64,000 nucleotides of DNA from Phyllosticta citribraziliensis. Lineage: Eukaryota. The notes beneath the pieces were generated by a model. That model saw nothing but the letters and a program-made list of their open reading frames with translations. It was not told the origin of the DNA and did no database searches. Below are positions 35,277-47,073 of the stretch, in pieces. The stretch's first letter is position 1, and each line of letters starts with the position of its first letter. The translations under genes and the position numbers were made by a program. The stretch spans positions 806,001-870,000 of the forward strand of contig NW_027117349.1 in the NCBI RefSeq assembly GCF_038025025.1, read 5' to 3'.

Positions 35277-38200
35277 TCACTGCATTGAAGTTGCCGGTGT
35301 CTGATCGTTTCCGCTCTCGCCAACGCCGGCACCCAGTTCAAATCCCAAGTCGGCGGGAACACCACCAACTCCGCTGTTGCTTCCTCCATCGAAGCTGAAC
35401 CCGCCGAATCCGACACCCAGTCCACCAAAGCCCGCAAAGAAGCCACCGCTATCGTCGCCTAGGCCACTACCTCCGCCGCCGCTGCCTGTAGATCCACCCG
35501 TAGGCAACGGCGGGTCCACGTTGAAAGGCATGAACCAGGCGAGCGACGGGTCGTTGATTGCACCGCCAACGCCGCCCATGCCGCCCCCGGCAGCAGCACC
35601 GAATCCGGCACTCAGGTTACCAGCGCTCCACGCAAAGAGGTTGTCGGAGGCGTGGGCTGAGGGGTTGGCGGGTTCAGCGAAGCCCGGTGTTGAAGGGATG
35701 GCGGAAGGATCGAGAGCAAAGGGCTCATTGCGGTCCATGAAAGTCGCGTACGATTGGAGGACCATTTGTCGATCGAGCGCGGACATGGGCTGAGCGTTGA
35801 AGGACGGGCCCATGACAGAGCTGCCAGGGAAGGCGCTTCCAGGGGAATTGACAGGATCAGGAGAGGTGTGTGTATTTGCATTGAAGGGTTGATGTTGAGA
35901 CGGAGAGGGCATGGGATAAGAGGATGGATTGACATGTCCGGACGTAGGCGAAGGATTAGGGCGCTTGCTGGCAGTGGATGTGCTTTTGTGTTTTGGATTT
36001 GAAGATTGATTTGGTGAGCGCCCCGTACCAGCAGTCACGGACTTGGTGCGGTCTTCCTTTTCGTTTTTGCCGCGTCTCGCCTTTTTCGTTGGCTCTGTTG
36101 CTTTTTTCGTTGGCGAAAGGCTAGCGAAGAATTCCTCGACACTTTGAAGATCTGCCTTTTGACCGAGAACCGCATCGGTGCCGGCTTCCTTTGGGGCATC
36201 AGCGGCCGGGTCTTCGTAGTCTGTCCGGGAGACGCCATGGGGGTATCTATCAAACCAATCTCCGTATTGAAAGATGTTTGTCTGGGTGCCGTTGACGGCG
36301 GCAGGTCCGCGTAATGCGGCATCGGCGTGCTGTCGGTAGAGCTCCTTGAGATTTTCTGCGACAAAGTGGAACATCCCCCAGAACCGCTTCATCCTGCTCA
36401 GATATTTGACGTTGTAGGCCAGATAACGTTTTGACATGTTTTCGAGTTTGGGATTCTTAGAAAACACCCCGCGAATGTGGACTGTACTTGACAAAAAGGC
36501 ACAGTAGCCCGCAAAAGGCACCGCCACATGGTGATTCAAAGCCTCGTTAATCAACAGAGAGATTTGATTGGCGGAATCAAGAGCCGCATGGGCGGCTTCA
36601 GTGAGGAACTGATGGGGCATATCCCTGGGAGGCCGGCTGCCAGCATGGGAGGGCAGAGAGAAGCGATTGAGGAAAAGGACAATCTGGTGGTACACAATGT
36701 GGAGAAAGATGAACTGATTTGCCGTCTTCTCAACTTCGTGGTTCTCCAGATTTTCCTGATTCCAAAGCAGTCGTTCTGGCAAAGATTCTTTGAATTGTCG
36801 GGCCTGTTTTTTAAGTTCTTGAAAGGTGGAGTGGGGTGACCAGATGGGAACTTTTTCCTGTTCTTTTCCTCCCAGGTTGTTGAACATGATTAGTCTTCCC
36901 CATATCGCAACTGCTCGCACCAGGTACGCGACAACTCCCATGTTCTCTTTGGCGTCTGCAATCTGCCCAGCATCAGGGGGCACAGGACTTCGAACATTTC
37001 CTTCCAGGTCCTCGGTCGGGCCAGGGATTTCCATTTGGAAGTAATGTTCCCTGATGGGGAGTTGCACGTGGATAAATTGCCCGCTGACAAAGAGCGGACG
37101 GTCCGTGCCGGAAGAGTTGAAGCGGTCCATGATGAAGCATGACCACATGGTACGCCTCCTGATCTCTCGGTCTGTAAAACTGAGCTCCGACCGCGCCCCC
37201 TTTTCTTTACCCAGCGGATCGTGGTCCAAATCCTTGTGGAGCTGCAGAGCATACGCCATTCGTTGCGCCATGCCACCAAACATCCAGCTTCGTCCACCCT
37301 GACATGTCCCGAATTCGTGTAGGCCCAAGAGGAGATATGATATTAAAATGGTAATGTTTGGGGTATCATATCGTTTCAATGCAATGTCGCGGGCCCTGGC
37401 AGCCCAGGTTTCTCCTCTTAGGAATGCAGGCTCTGATCGAATTTGTGGATGTGTGGAAAAGCGCGCCGATATTGCGCATACTGCGAGTATTAGAACCGGT
37501 GGCACCTGTCCAGCGGCGAGCCTTCGCATAAAGCTCGGCTTGTGCAGCAAAGGGTAACTCTGGCCGTAGACGTAGTCAAAGTAGACTTCTGCAAGGTGTT
37601 CCTGAATCTCTTTGGGCGGCAAAGCGTCCGCGCCTTCGGTGAGCAGACTGCCCTCTTCTGACTCTGTTTTTGGCGGAAGGCCTGGGGGTTTTTCGCCAAC
37701 ATTGGATCCCTTTTTCGACCAATCTTCAAGCTCGTGTCCAAACGCTTCTTCGGCTGGCCGCTTTTTCGCATTGGAGCCCTTCTGTGGCGCCCCTGGCAGA
37801 GGCGGCTTGACCACCGCCCTCCCCACTGCCGCAACGGTCCCCATGCTTTCCTTCGGAACCAGCTTGATTATGCGATCCTCCATGCGCTTCAACCGCTTGT
37901 CCAACATGGCCATGTAGTCCGTCCGGGGCGCAGCTTTCCTGGTAGTCACTTTGTACACGCATGGTATCCTCGAGCGCAAGCAATGTTTACAGGCTGGCTT
38001 TTCTCCAGAGCAGCGAATCTTTTTCCGGCGACATGCAATGCAGGCAAGTGGCAACCTTTTGCGCTCCTTGCCCGCCTTGGTTTTCATCTCGCTCCACGGG
38101 GGAGGGGCATCAGGGTCTCGGTCGTCGTCCTTGCTATTTCCGCCCTTTGCGGTGCCGCTACCGGTGTCACCAGCGTTTGTCTGCGAGCCACCATCTCCAA

Positions 38201-38648
38201 ACGGATCGCCGAATCCAAAGCCACTCTGGGGGCTCGTATCCGTGTCAATGCCGTCGACGCTGCCCGCGCTTGCCAGGCCGCCGTTCGCGGGCACACCGCT
38301 TGCGCCTCGAGTGCTTCGTCCTGGCGTCGCTCCGGTCGCAGCTGCAGCGTGGGCGTCGGGCGGGCCGGGAAAGATTGCGGGCGAGTTGTCGGAGACGGCG
38401 GAAAGCAGCTGGTTCGGATCGCCTGGATTGTCCATATTGGCGTTGATGGAATTGAAATCGGAACGGCGGCCGTTGGACATGGGTACGCTATCCCATTTTG
38501 GAAAATTGGACATGATGGAGGAGGCGGAATTCGGGCTGCGGTCGTCTTGCAGGGCGTAATCAGCAATGTTCAGCGGGTCGTCGTGCTGATCAGTTTGGTC
38601 TGCGTCGGATTGCGCATAGGAACCCATGTCATTGATGCTCGACGCCAT
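35277..38648 (-). CDS. Zn2Cys6 transcription factor with Fungal_trans (MHR) domain, Prf-like, single exon
   Basis: Binuclear cluster ACIACRRKKIRCSGEKPACKHCLRSRIPCVY. Middle-region motifs YPLLHKPSF, GMAQRMAYALQLH and EIRRRTMWSCFIMDRF. First in-frame ATG is 38648; the ORF track starts at GTG 38669. Confidence 0.92.
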   Translation of the reverse strand: MASSINDMGSYAQSDADQTDQHDDPLNIADYALQDDRSPNSASSIMSNFPKWDSVPMSNGRRSDFNSINANMDNPGDPNQLLSAVSDNSPAIFPGPPDAHAAAATGATPGRSTRGASGVPANGGLASAGSVDGIDTDTSPQSGFGFGDPFGDGGSQTNAGDTGSGTAKGGNSKDDDRDPDAPPPWSEMKTKAGKERKRLPLACIACRRKKIRCSGEKPACKHCLRSRIPCVYKVTTRKAAPRTDYMAMLDKRLKRMEDRIIKLVPKESMGTVAAVGRAVVKPPLPGAPQKGSNAKKRPAEEAFGHELEDWSKKGSNVGEKPPGLPPKTESEEGSLLTEGADALPPKEIQEHLAEVYFDYVYGQSYPLLHKPSFMRRLAAGQVPPVLILAVCAISARFSTHPQIRSEPAFLRGETWAARARDIALKRYDTPNITILISYLLLGLHEFGTCQGGRSWMFGGMAQRMAYALQLHKDLDHDPLGKEKGARSELSFTDREIRRRTMWSCFIMDRFNSSGTDRPLFVSGQFIHVQLPIREHYFQMEIPGPTEDLEGNVRSPVPPDAGQIADAKENMGVVAYLVRAVAIWGRLIMFNNLGGKEQEKVPIWSPHSTFQELKKQARQFKESLPERLLWNQENLENHEVEKTANQFIFLHIVYHQIVLFLNRFSLPSHAGSRPPRDMPHQFLTEAAHAALDSANQISLLINEALNHHVAVPFAGYCAFLSSTVHIRGVFSKNPKLENMSKRYLAYNVKYLSRMKRFWGMFHFVAENLKELYRQHADAALRGPAAVNGTQTNIFQYGDWFDRYPHGVSRTDYEDPAADAPKEAGTDAVLGQKADLQSVEEFFASLSPTKKATEPTKKARRGKNEKEDRTKSVTAGTGRSPNQSSNPKHKSTSTASKRPNPSPTSGHVNPSSYPMPSPSQHQPFNANTHTSPDPVNSPGSAFPGSSVMGPSFNAQPMSALDRQMVLQSYATFMDRNEPFALDPSAIPSTPGFAEPANPSAHASDNLFAWSAGNLSAGFGAAAGGGMGGVGGAINDPSLAWFMPFNVDPPLPTGGSTGSGGGGSGLGDDSGGFFAGFGGLGVGFGGFSFDGGSNSGVGGVPADLGFELGAGVGESGNDQTPATSMQ

Positions 38649-39126
38649 CAAAGTCTTCAAGAGGTCCACATTGTCTGTGGCGGCGGGAGCCCCTCGGGCA
38701 GGGCCTGGCTGAAGTCTGCAGACTCGGGATAGGTGTGCGGCGGGCTCGGAGAAGACTTGGTTTGCGGCAGACGGTAGAGTGCAGGGACCTTAGCTCATGG
38801 TCTTGTTTGTGAGTCGCGGGACGCAGGTGGAATCGCGGATTGACAGCGGGGCTATGACGAGGAGCGGAAAGATGCGAACGAGGGTACAGAGATATTGGTA
38901 CGCGGCGGTCAGAGGCAAAAGGGTGCAGTGGTGAGGTGTCGAGTCGAGTGGGAGGCGGATCTATGGAAAAGCCCCACTGCGGAGCGGAAGCCCTGGCACT
39001 GAACGTAGGGTAGGTACCGTAGCTTGCTAACGGGTGACTAAGAAGTGGCATGGCCAGACGCAGCAATGAAAAGGCGACAGTTGCAGCCGGGGCCCTACAA
39101 CTACGCCCCGCATCTTCAGGGCTACT

Positions 39127-42122
39127 CTACCGCAACTCTACACTTCCCTTCACCAACACCTCGTCCAACACGTCCATTATCCGCCGTCGAACAGGCCACG
39201 CTCTGCCCAGCGACATGATGCGTCGCGCCTCGGCCACCACGCGACGTCCACCTTCGCGTCCTTCGATGCTGCCCACGCCCCCAACCGTCGCCACCACTCG
39301 CGCGTCCTGCAGCCAGACTTGACCTTCTGCATCGCTGGCTCTGTCTAACCGGACCACGCCATTGCCGCCGTCGCCGCCCCCAGGCCCAAATGTCGCATAC
39401 GCCCACAGCGTCAGCGCCGCCAGGAGCAGGTGGTGAGCTTCGCCATGGCCGTGGTTGACCCTGTCGCGCATCAGCTTGAAAAGCATCGCTGCATGCATCA
39501 CGGCCCGCCGCGAATTTCGTCCGTCCTGTCTGAACCATGCTGCTACCTCTCGTCGCGCCACTTCTGTCGTATTTTCCGTGGCCATCCATCCGCTACACGC
39601 GCAGAGCCTCGACAGTGGCACGAAAAGCTGGATGCACACGACGTGGTGGTACTGCCGTGACAGCTGCGTCGGCCCGATGACGGCGCACGTCTCCGCCGGC
39701 TCGACCGCCAAAGCTTTGAGCGTCCGACTCCTCCATCGTCCGTACATGACATCAATCCCACTCGACCCGCTTGTACTTGCCATGTCATCGTCTGAGCCGG
39801 TAGAATTGTACTCCAGAAACCCGCATCGCTGCAGAGATGCGGCTGCTTGCACCAGGTCCCTCGACTCCTGATACACGGCCAGCAAGACGACGCGCCTCGC
39901 GAATTCATCGAGATCTGGAGCTTGACCCGAGTCGCGCATGGCCTGAAAAGCTTCGCGCAGCGAAACTTTGTAGCCAACCCTAGCCCCAGCTTGCACGTCA
40001 AGTTTATCCAGCCGTGTATCCCACACGTCCCCTGGGCATGGCAGTTCCAGGTCGAGTTGGTCATTCAAGGGCATAAGCGTCGGCAACCCCTGATGTAGTG
40101 CATTTTCAACGTCTAGCATCTGGATTGCTACCCGTCAGCCAGATTCGTTGGCCGCAATCCAATTGCTTACCCAGATGGACCAGATGACTCTTCTCGACTG
40201 TTCCCCGCGCCACCACCAGTGTACCTTGTCGGCCTCGTTTCCAGATGACCTAGATATCGGTCCCAGAGACATCTGTTGCTTCAGCTCTGCGCCCAATCCT
40301 CTGGCCAAAGTGATCAAGAGATTCTTTTGCGACTGTTGTGTCAGGATGAGCGCTTTGCTGCCCGAGTACGCCATGATGATGTGACCTAGCAGCACCACTT
40401 GAGCAAACCACACCTGCAAAGTCTGCGCTGTATGCTGATCAACCTGTGAGTGTTAGCATTTACCCCGGACAGTATTACAAGACCTACAAAAACACAGATT
40501 GCTTTCCTGAGGTACTCATGCAATTTGCCCACGTACGCCTTGCACGTCTCCAAACCTGCGTACTCGCCGCCCACCGCGGCCACTGCCAGCACCAACATCC
40601 ACGGCGTCCGTACATGGTTGAAGCTTGGTTTGTGCAAAATCGGCGTGATGGGATGAAAGTACTCAAAGTACAGCTGCACAAATCGATTGATCAAGCCAGC
40701 ATCGGCCTCAATGCGCTGAGTCGAAGAAGCCGCATTCTGTTGCGCAATCCAAGCAGCAATCTCGCCCATCGCCTCTTCCGATACAGGAGGGACGTGATAG
40801 TGTTCCTCAATGGCCTCGAGATCTGCATGCTGTGGCATCCGACTTGACTGAGCCGCTCCGTTTGCCGAATCGGGCGTCTGGTAAGGCTGCTGGACTATTG
40901 CGCTTGGTTCGTCCAAAGATGCCGGGCTGGCAATATCGCCGGTAGTGGTGTCGGGTCGCGCTCTGCTTGGGGACACCGGGCGCGACGGGGCCCACAGTGA
41001 TGGCTGAAGTATCCCGCCTTTTGCCAGATCATCATTCAAGGAGCGCGTCATGATATTTCCCGCACTTCCCGAAGGTCCAGACAGTGACGCATTTGGATGA
41101 CTTGCTGCCTTCTGTGCGCTCGGACACCTTTCTCTCAGGTCCACTTCGACTGCATTTGCAGCACCATCTCCACGGACGTGGCCTGGTCGGGCCGCTTCCC
41201 CTGGCAGTGCTGCATCCGTTTGCGCGGTTGGGGTGTAGAACGCTTCATCTACACTCCACTGACTATCCCAAAAGGACAGCAGTGAGGAATCCAGCTGACT
41301 CCAATGCAGCAGACCAAAGGCGGTCTCGAGATCTCCAGGAAAATCCTGTCCCGAGTCGCTCAAGGGAGAGGGACCAGTTCCAAACCCGCTGTACGGCCCT
41401 CGAGCAATGCTGGGTGCGAGCAGGACGCCACGATCCATGGCACCATCATCCTTTGCGATGTTTCCTTCTCGCTCACCTTCTCTCATCTCCTGTCCATCTA
41501 GATCCATCTCTTCGCCCCCGAGCACGTCAGCCTCATTTCTTCGCGGCTCTTTCTCCCTCGCCCTCACCGCTCGGCCCCCCTGATGCCGCGCTTCGTGCCG
41601 CTTGAGCGTGTCCCGCCGCGTAAACCGCCTCCCGCACACGCCGCACGCGAATGGCCGGTCGTCGGCGTGGCTGCGAACATGCCGCGTCAGGTGCTCCTGG
41701 CGACTGAACGTCGCGCCGCATAGCGAGCACTGCAGCCCCGAGCGTCGGTGGCCGGAAACTGAGGGCTGGATCGATTTGCTGGTCTCTCGTGGCTCGCCAT
41801 CGTCGTCCGCTTTGCTTGCTGCGGCTTCTGGTCCTGCCTGGTCTGCGGACGCTGCTGTCGTGTTGGAGGGTGCGGAGAGCGGACTGTTTCTTCTGCCTTC
41901 TCGTACTCGACTGTGGCGGGCACGTGCTGGGCGGATGGGGCGCGTCGGGTTGGCGGAGGCAGTGACAGCATTAGGAGCAGTGGAGCTCGAATTGGACTCT
42001 TGAAGCGCTGTCGGCGTGCTGGTGGCGCGCAATTCTCGATCAGAATCAGGCTTTGCTGCATGCGCCACTGGCGGGCAAAAAGGAGAGCGCGAGCGCGCAA
42101 GCGAGGCAGAGCGGGAAGGCAT
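39127..42122 (-). CDS. Transcription factor with two C2H2 zinc fingers plus Fungal_trans domain
   Basis: Fingers CSLCGATFSRQEHLTRHVRSH and FACGVCGRRFTRRDTLKRHEARH. Motifs FVQLYFEYFHPITPILHKPSF, EQSRRVIWSIW|MLD and LELPCPGDVW. Introns 40444-40487 and 40120-40170. Confidence 0.88.
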
Positions 42123-43805
42123 GGTGGAGAAGGACGCAACGGCAGTCTACGAGAAGGTGCTCCACCTGGAACCAGCGGCAACACAAAGAAAGTTAGGTCG
42201 GTCTTGTCGAGGCTGGAGCACTTGGTACTCCGTTGGCGGGGCGGCTCCAGATTTTGAGTGCGACAACAAGAGAGGGTTCAAAGTAAACGAGCAAAGCTAC
42301 CTACTTACTCCACCTGCCCACCTCCCAGCTTTTGCTCAGACGACCACACACAGGAGGAAGCGTCTGCGCCGATCAAACAGGCTGCTACCCAGCAGCGCCA
42401 GCTCCTGACTACCGCCCTACGCTACCTACACGCTTCCCCGCGCTGTCTGTAGATATTGGGTGGGGGTGGAGCCGGCGGCGAGGGAGGCATGCTGATCTTT
42501 TCCCCCCGCTACCTTGCAAACAGCACGACGACACAAAACAACCCTACCCGTACCGCCCTCCTGGTCCGACATCCCGCGCACACCTCCATCTCGGATATGC
42601 CGATGCCTCAGCTCCGCCTTGCCGCATCTTTGCCGACTACCGAACACGCACGCATGCCACACCACTTGTCTCGCGCTAGTCTACGTGCGCGCGGGCTCTG
42701 TCTGGGACAGTACGTACAGTTGACCAACCAGCCAATGGCAGAAGGGTTTGTGCTGTACTGTAAGGAAGCGAGCGGATGGTCTGAGTGCTGCGGTTGGTTG
42801 GTTGGCGGATCGGTGGGGCAAGGTTGCGGTGCGGGTGCGGGGTGCATTTGTAGGGAAGAGTGCGGGGGAGGTTTTGTGGGGAAGGGTGTGGAGTATGGAG
42901 TGCAGGGGCTGCGATTGGCTTGTACGTAGGTGCATAGACCGTGTATGTATGTATGTAGGTAGTGATGAGTCAGGGAGAGAGTATCTTGAAGAGCGAAGTG
43001 CTGAATGGCCATTTATTGTGCATGAGGTCGTGGTTGAATACATTTATGCTTGGGCGCAGGATGGACAGCAGATACGTCCGGGTATGTGGAACCTGTCTTT
43101 CTCGAGGATCAAATGTCCCGACGAGGAGGAAAATACCTACATAGGATGGATACATGGTGGTCTTGACGGCGAAGCCGGTCTCCCACTCGCAAAGAGCCCA
43201 ATTCTTCGTACGATTGTCGTAGTAGTGAAGCGAAGGCAGCCAAACAATTGATGTGGAAAGGTGACCTTTTTATGAGCTTTGTCTCTGGGAACACCCACAG
43301 TTAGGTGACGAAATTCGTGATGTGCACATCCGAAATCCAGGAAATCGGTAGGGAGTGTGCCAGCATCTCCGCACTATGGCATGGAAGAGTATTCACGGGT
43401 ACCAGCTCGCCCCAAACCGTACCCATGGATGCGTGCTATGATCTTCATCACCGGGTCTCGGAATCTCCGCTCCGACGGGAAGCCGCCCCGTCTCTGCGCC
43501 AGGCACCCGAGTAGTCGTGTTGTGGAGCACCCTCCCGCCTACAACTGGATTCGTCGTCCGTCCATCCGACCACGAACTGCTGCGAGGAAACGTAAGGAGT
43601 GGAGCCACTGCCGACGGAGCTCGTGTTCACATTTGCGCCGAACGATATCTTGAAACCGCGCTTCCTGGTCCCTGTCTCTCCAACGGTGCGGTGATCACTT
43701 GGGCGTTGGCTCGTATATAGGAAGGGAGCGGTGGTTGAGGTGCAGCGCCTTCTTGCCTCGTAGAGTGTTTCCCGTTGTTATCTAGTCACAACTCTTCTCT
43801 CCATC

Positions 43806-46083
43806 ATGGCATCATCGCAAACCTTCGCATCCAGCCCGAACCCCGTCTCTCTCGAGACACGTTTCCCCTCTCCCCTGGCTCTCATCCTCATCTTATTCCT
43901 GTCAGCCTTCCTCCTCTTCGTTGCCATAAAACCAAGCAAGCCCACCAAAGCTCTGCTACCGCCCACTCCGCACGGCGCATGGCCGCTGATCGGACACCTG
44001 CCGCAGTTCATCAGCGCCGCCAAGGCGCATCGGCTGCACCTGCTCGTGGAGCAATGGATCCGCGAGTACGGCAAAGAGGAGGGGCTCGTGAGGGTGAGGG
44101 TTGCGGGTGTGGAGGTGGTGCACGTGGGGAAAGATGAGGCTGTCAAGGTACGCATGGTCCAGCCTGGGTGGGCGAGGCCGCTTTGCTAGTTCCTATGATT
44201 GCTGACGCTGTGTGCAGGCCATCTTTGATAAGGCTTCGGCTTTTACCAGCGAGCGGCCGCGCTGGATCGTCTCGAACGAGCTGATGACGGGCAAGTGGAA
44301 CGTCCTGTTGCTCTCCGCCAGCGACAAGCGGTGGAAGGTACGCTGCTGACAACCAAACATGTCCTTTGGTGTCGAATATTGCTGAGCAGTGCTCCAGAAT
44401 CAGCGCAAAGTCATCAATAGCACCCTGACGAGCATCCCGCGAGCAGATGCGGGCGTACCGTGAGTTTTGAGTAACGAGTAGTTGCGGGTTAGGATCTGAA
44501 CAGTGTAGGATTCTTGAGCGAGAGTCTCTCGCCTTTCTCCATGAAGTCGCGCATGACCCTGGCGTTGCAAAGGACTCGAAGAAGATTATGGCTTCTATTG
44601 CGAGGTATACTTACAGTGCTTTTGCCCAGCAGACTTTCGGACTGGAGGTCCCTCAGTATGCGACAAGTGACGTGCTACATTACATTCATGGTGAGTGGTC
44701 TGGTCATCTTGCCCCTTCTCCAAGGCTAAAACTGGAGCAGAAACTGGCCTGGCTCAGATTTTGGGTAAGTTTGACGAAAGCGCACGAAGTGGATGGGGAC
44801 TGATGGATCTTTCAAGGAACATTACCGGGCGCATTCCTTGTCGACGTCTTCAACTTCCTCGACTATCTTCCGCTGTTCCTGAAGCCTTGGGAGAGAGCGG
44901 CGAAGGAACGTTTCCGACGCGATGTTGCCTTTAGCTGCGAGAGGATGAAGGTCAGTCCAGCAAATAAAACAATCAAACACGGTCTGACGCTCTGAGCAGA
45001 GGATAAAGAAGTTGATGCAGGAGGGGTATATGCCGGATTCCATGCTCGCTCGAGCGCTCACAGATGAGAAGAGACTGGGCTTCGAGAGTGAGGAGGAAGC
45101 GGCGTATCTTTCACTCAATCTCATCATAGGTGCCGCTGACACGGTTCGATTGACGCTCTTCTGGTCGTTGCCGCAATTCTGCTAAAACAAGCCAGAGTCA
45201 AATGTCGACCTGGAGCTTCCTCGAGGCCATGCTCTTGAATCCGGAGATTCAAAAGAAGGCTCAGAACGAGATTGGTACGTCCAGCACTATTTTGAAAGTG
45301 GCCGGCACTGAAGGTTGGAAAGATTCCGTTGTAGGAAACCGAGTTCCAATGTGGTCCGACTTTGAGCAGATTCCATACGTCCGTTGCATGATGAAAGAAG
45401 TATGGCGCTGGCATCCACCTGTTACCCTTGGACACCCACATATTACGACGAGAGAAATCCAATTCAAAGGGTATGTGATACCCAAGGGAATGCGCATTCA
45501 ACTGAACGCTTGGGCAATTGGGCGAGATCCAAAGAGGCACAAAGACCCGGAAAGGTTCTGGCCTGAGAGATTCGAGGGCGACGCCACAACGGTAAGCCGA
45601 ATTAAAGAGGTCTTGAGAGCGAAAAGGACTGATGGCGGCTAGCCTCAACAGAGTGCTAATCTTGTCGATCCAACTCAACGTGACCATTTTGCGTTTGGGG
45701 CAGGGCGTCGCATTTGTAAGTCGTTTTCTGTTTGCCGCCCGGCTCGCTCCGTGGTGGAAAATAACGATGATCAGGTCCTGGCATCAACGTCGCTGAGCGC
45801 TCTCTGGCAATCGCCATGATGCGCATCCTTTGGGCCTTTGATGTACGACCCTCTCCAACGGCCAGTCATCCTCTCAATCCGCGAAACTGGCCTGGCGATC
45901 CTCCTGGGAATCCCAGCGATGAAATGCCGGTTGTCTTGGAGCCAAGGTCAGAGGAGAGGGTAAAAGCAATCGACGAGGCTTGGTCACGGGAGCAGACAGG
46001 GCATCCGCGTCGGGTAAGTCGACATGTTCGAAAAACGACCAAGTATCTAGCCAGCTGATACTACCCAGGGGACGATGGAATAG
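43806..46083 (+). CDS. Cytochrome P450 monooxygenase (E-class group I, CYP620/OrdA-like appearance), 11 introns
   Basis: N-terminal membrane anchor plus PPTPHGAWPLIGHLPQ. I-helix IIGAADTS, EVWR (ExxR), WPERF, and heme motif FAFGAGRRI-CPG with the Cys codon split by an intron at about 45716-45774. All exons join in frame; the last micro-exon is GTME* at 46069-46083. Confidence 0.88.
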
Positions 46084-47073
46084 AGCTTGGGTGTCGTTGT
46101 TCGTCCCAAGCAGCGCCATGGGGAGGACAAGATGCTGAGGTTTGAATCGGAATCTCTCTTCACTCCATATCTGAGTTGTGTGTCGTCTTTTGAGGGTGAC
46201 ACGATTTGCAGCAGAGTCTAGCTGTTGGAGGAAATTGGATTTCCCCAAATCCTCGAGTTTGAAAGGGTCCAAGCCTTGAGAGTGGAGGCAGGGCCTTGCG
46301 AGAAAATTGGTGACGAAATCGAAATCTGCAATGCTGGCGAAAATTTGAGCGAGCATCGGTATAAAATCGAATGGATAAGGTATTCATCAGCTTCATTCCC
46401 GACTCACGTCAATGACTGATTCAACCCATGGTCTGCGAAGATGGGCTGGCGCAGACAACCCGGGTCGCTGCTTGGTGGGCTCGCGCATCGGTGAAGCAGC
46501 ATAAGCGGTGCCGTCGCAGTGAATTTCGTCACTGTCTGCTCACGGGCACCCTCGCCATGCTCTCTTCTCATCGGTGAGCAAGTGGTTTGTGACGGCCGAC
46601 ACTCAGGTGGGTTGTCTAGAATGAGAAAGCGACAGGCGTCGGGGTGCTGCCGGAAGTTGTGAGAGGTGGTCCGAGCGCTCTGGATGTTTCCTGGCCCAAA
46701 ATTCGACTCACAACAAGCACCAAACAAGCAAACCCGTCAAAACACCCCTCCACGCCGGCGCTTCTTTCAAACAGCCCACATCTCATTTCTTTGAGCCATA
46801 CGACTTGCTTGCACTTGCAGACCGACGCACGAACGGCCGATAGGATACCCGGACCCCTACCAAACCAAGCCTGACGGCACGTGACATCGCAAGCGCACCC
46901 ACAGCGTCCATTGAATTCGAACCGCAACAGTGGAGTTTGCAAGCATTTCGGCCTCAAAAGTCTTCGCCAGCCTGTTCAACCCTCGCAGACTCCGACAAAT
47001 TCATACTGGGTTTCAAATCTCCCGGCCAAGCGTCCGTTGGGCCAGTCTTCAAACCCACAGCAACCGGGACGAC

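Noticed and set aside
42962..43004. Box C (GTGATGA) and box D (CTGA)-like motifs
   Set aside because: They span only 43 nt, with no terminal stem or recognisable rRNA guide. This is insufficient for a snoRNA call.
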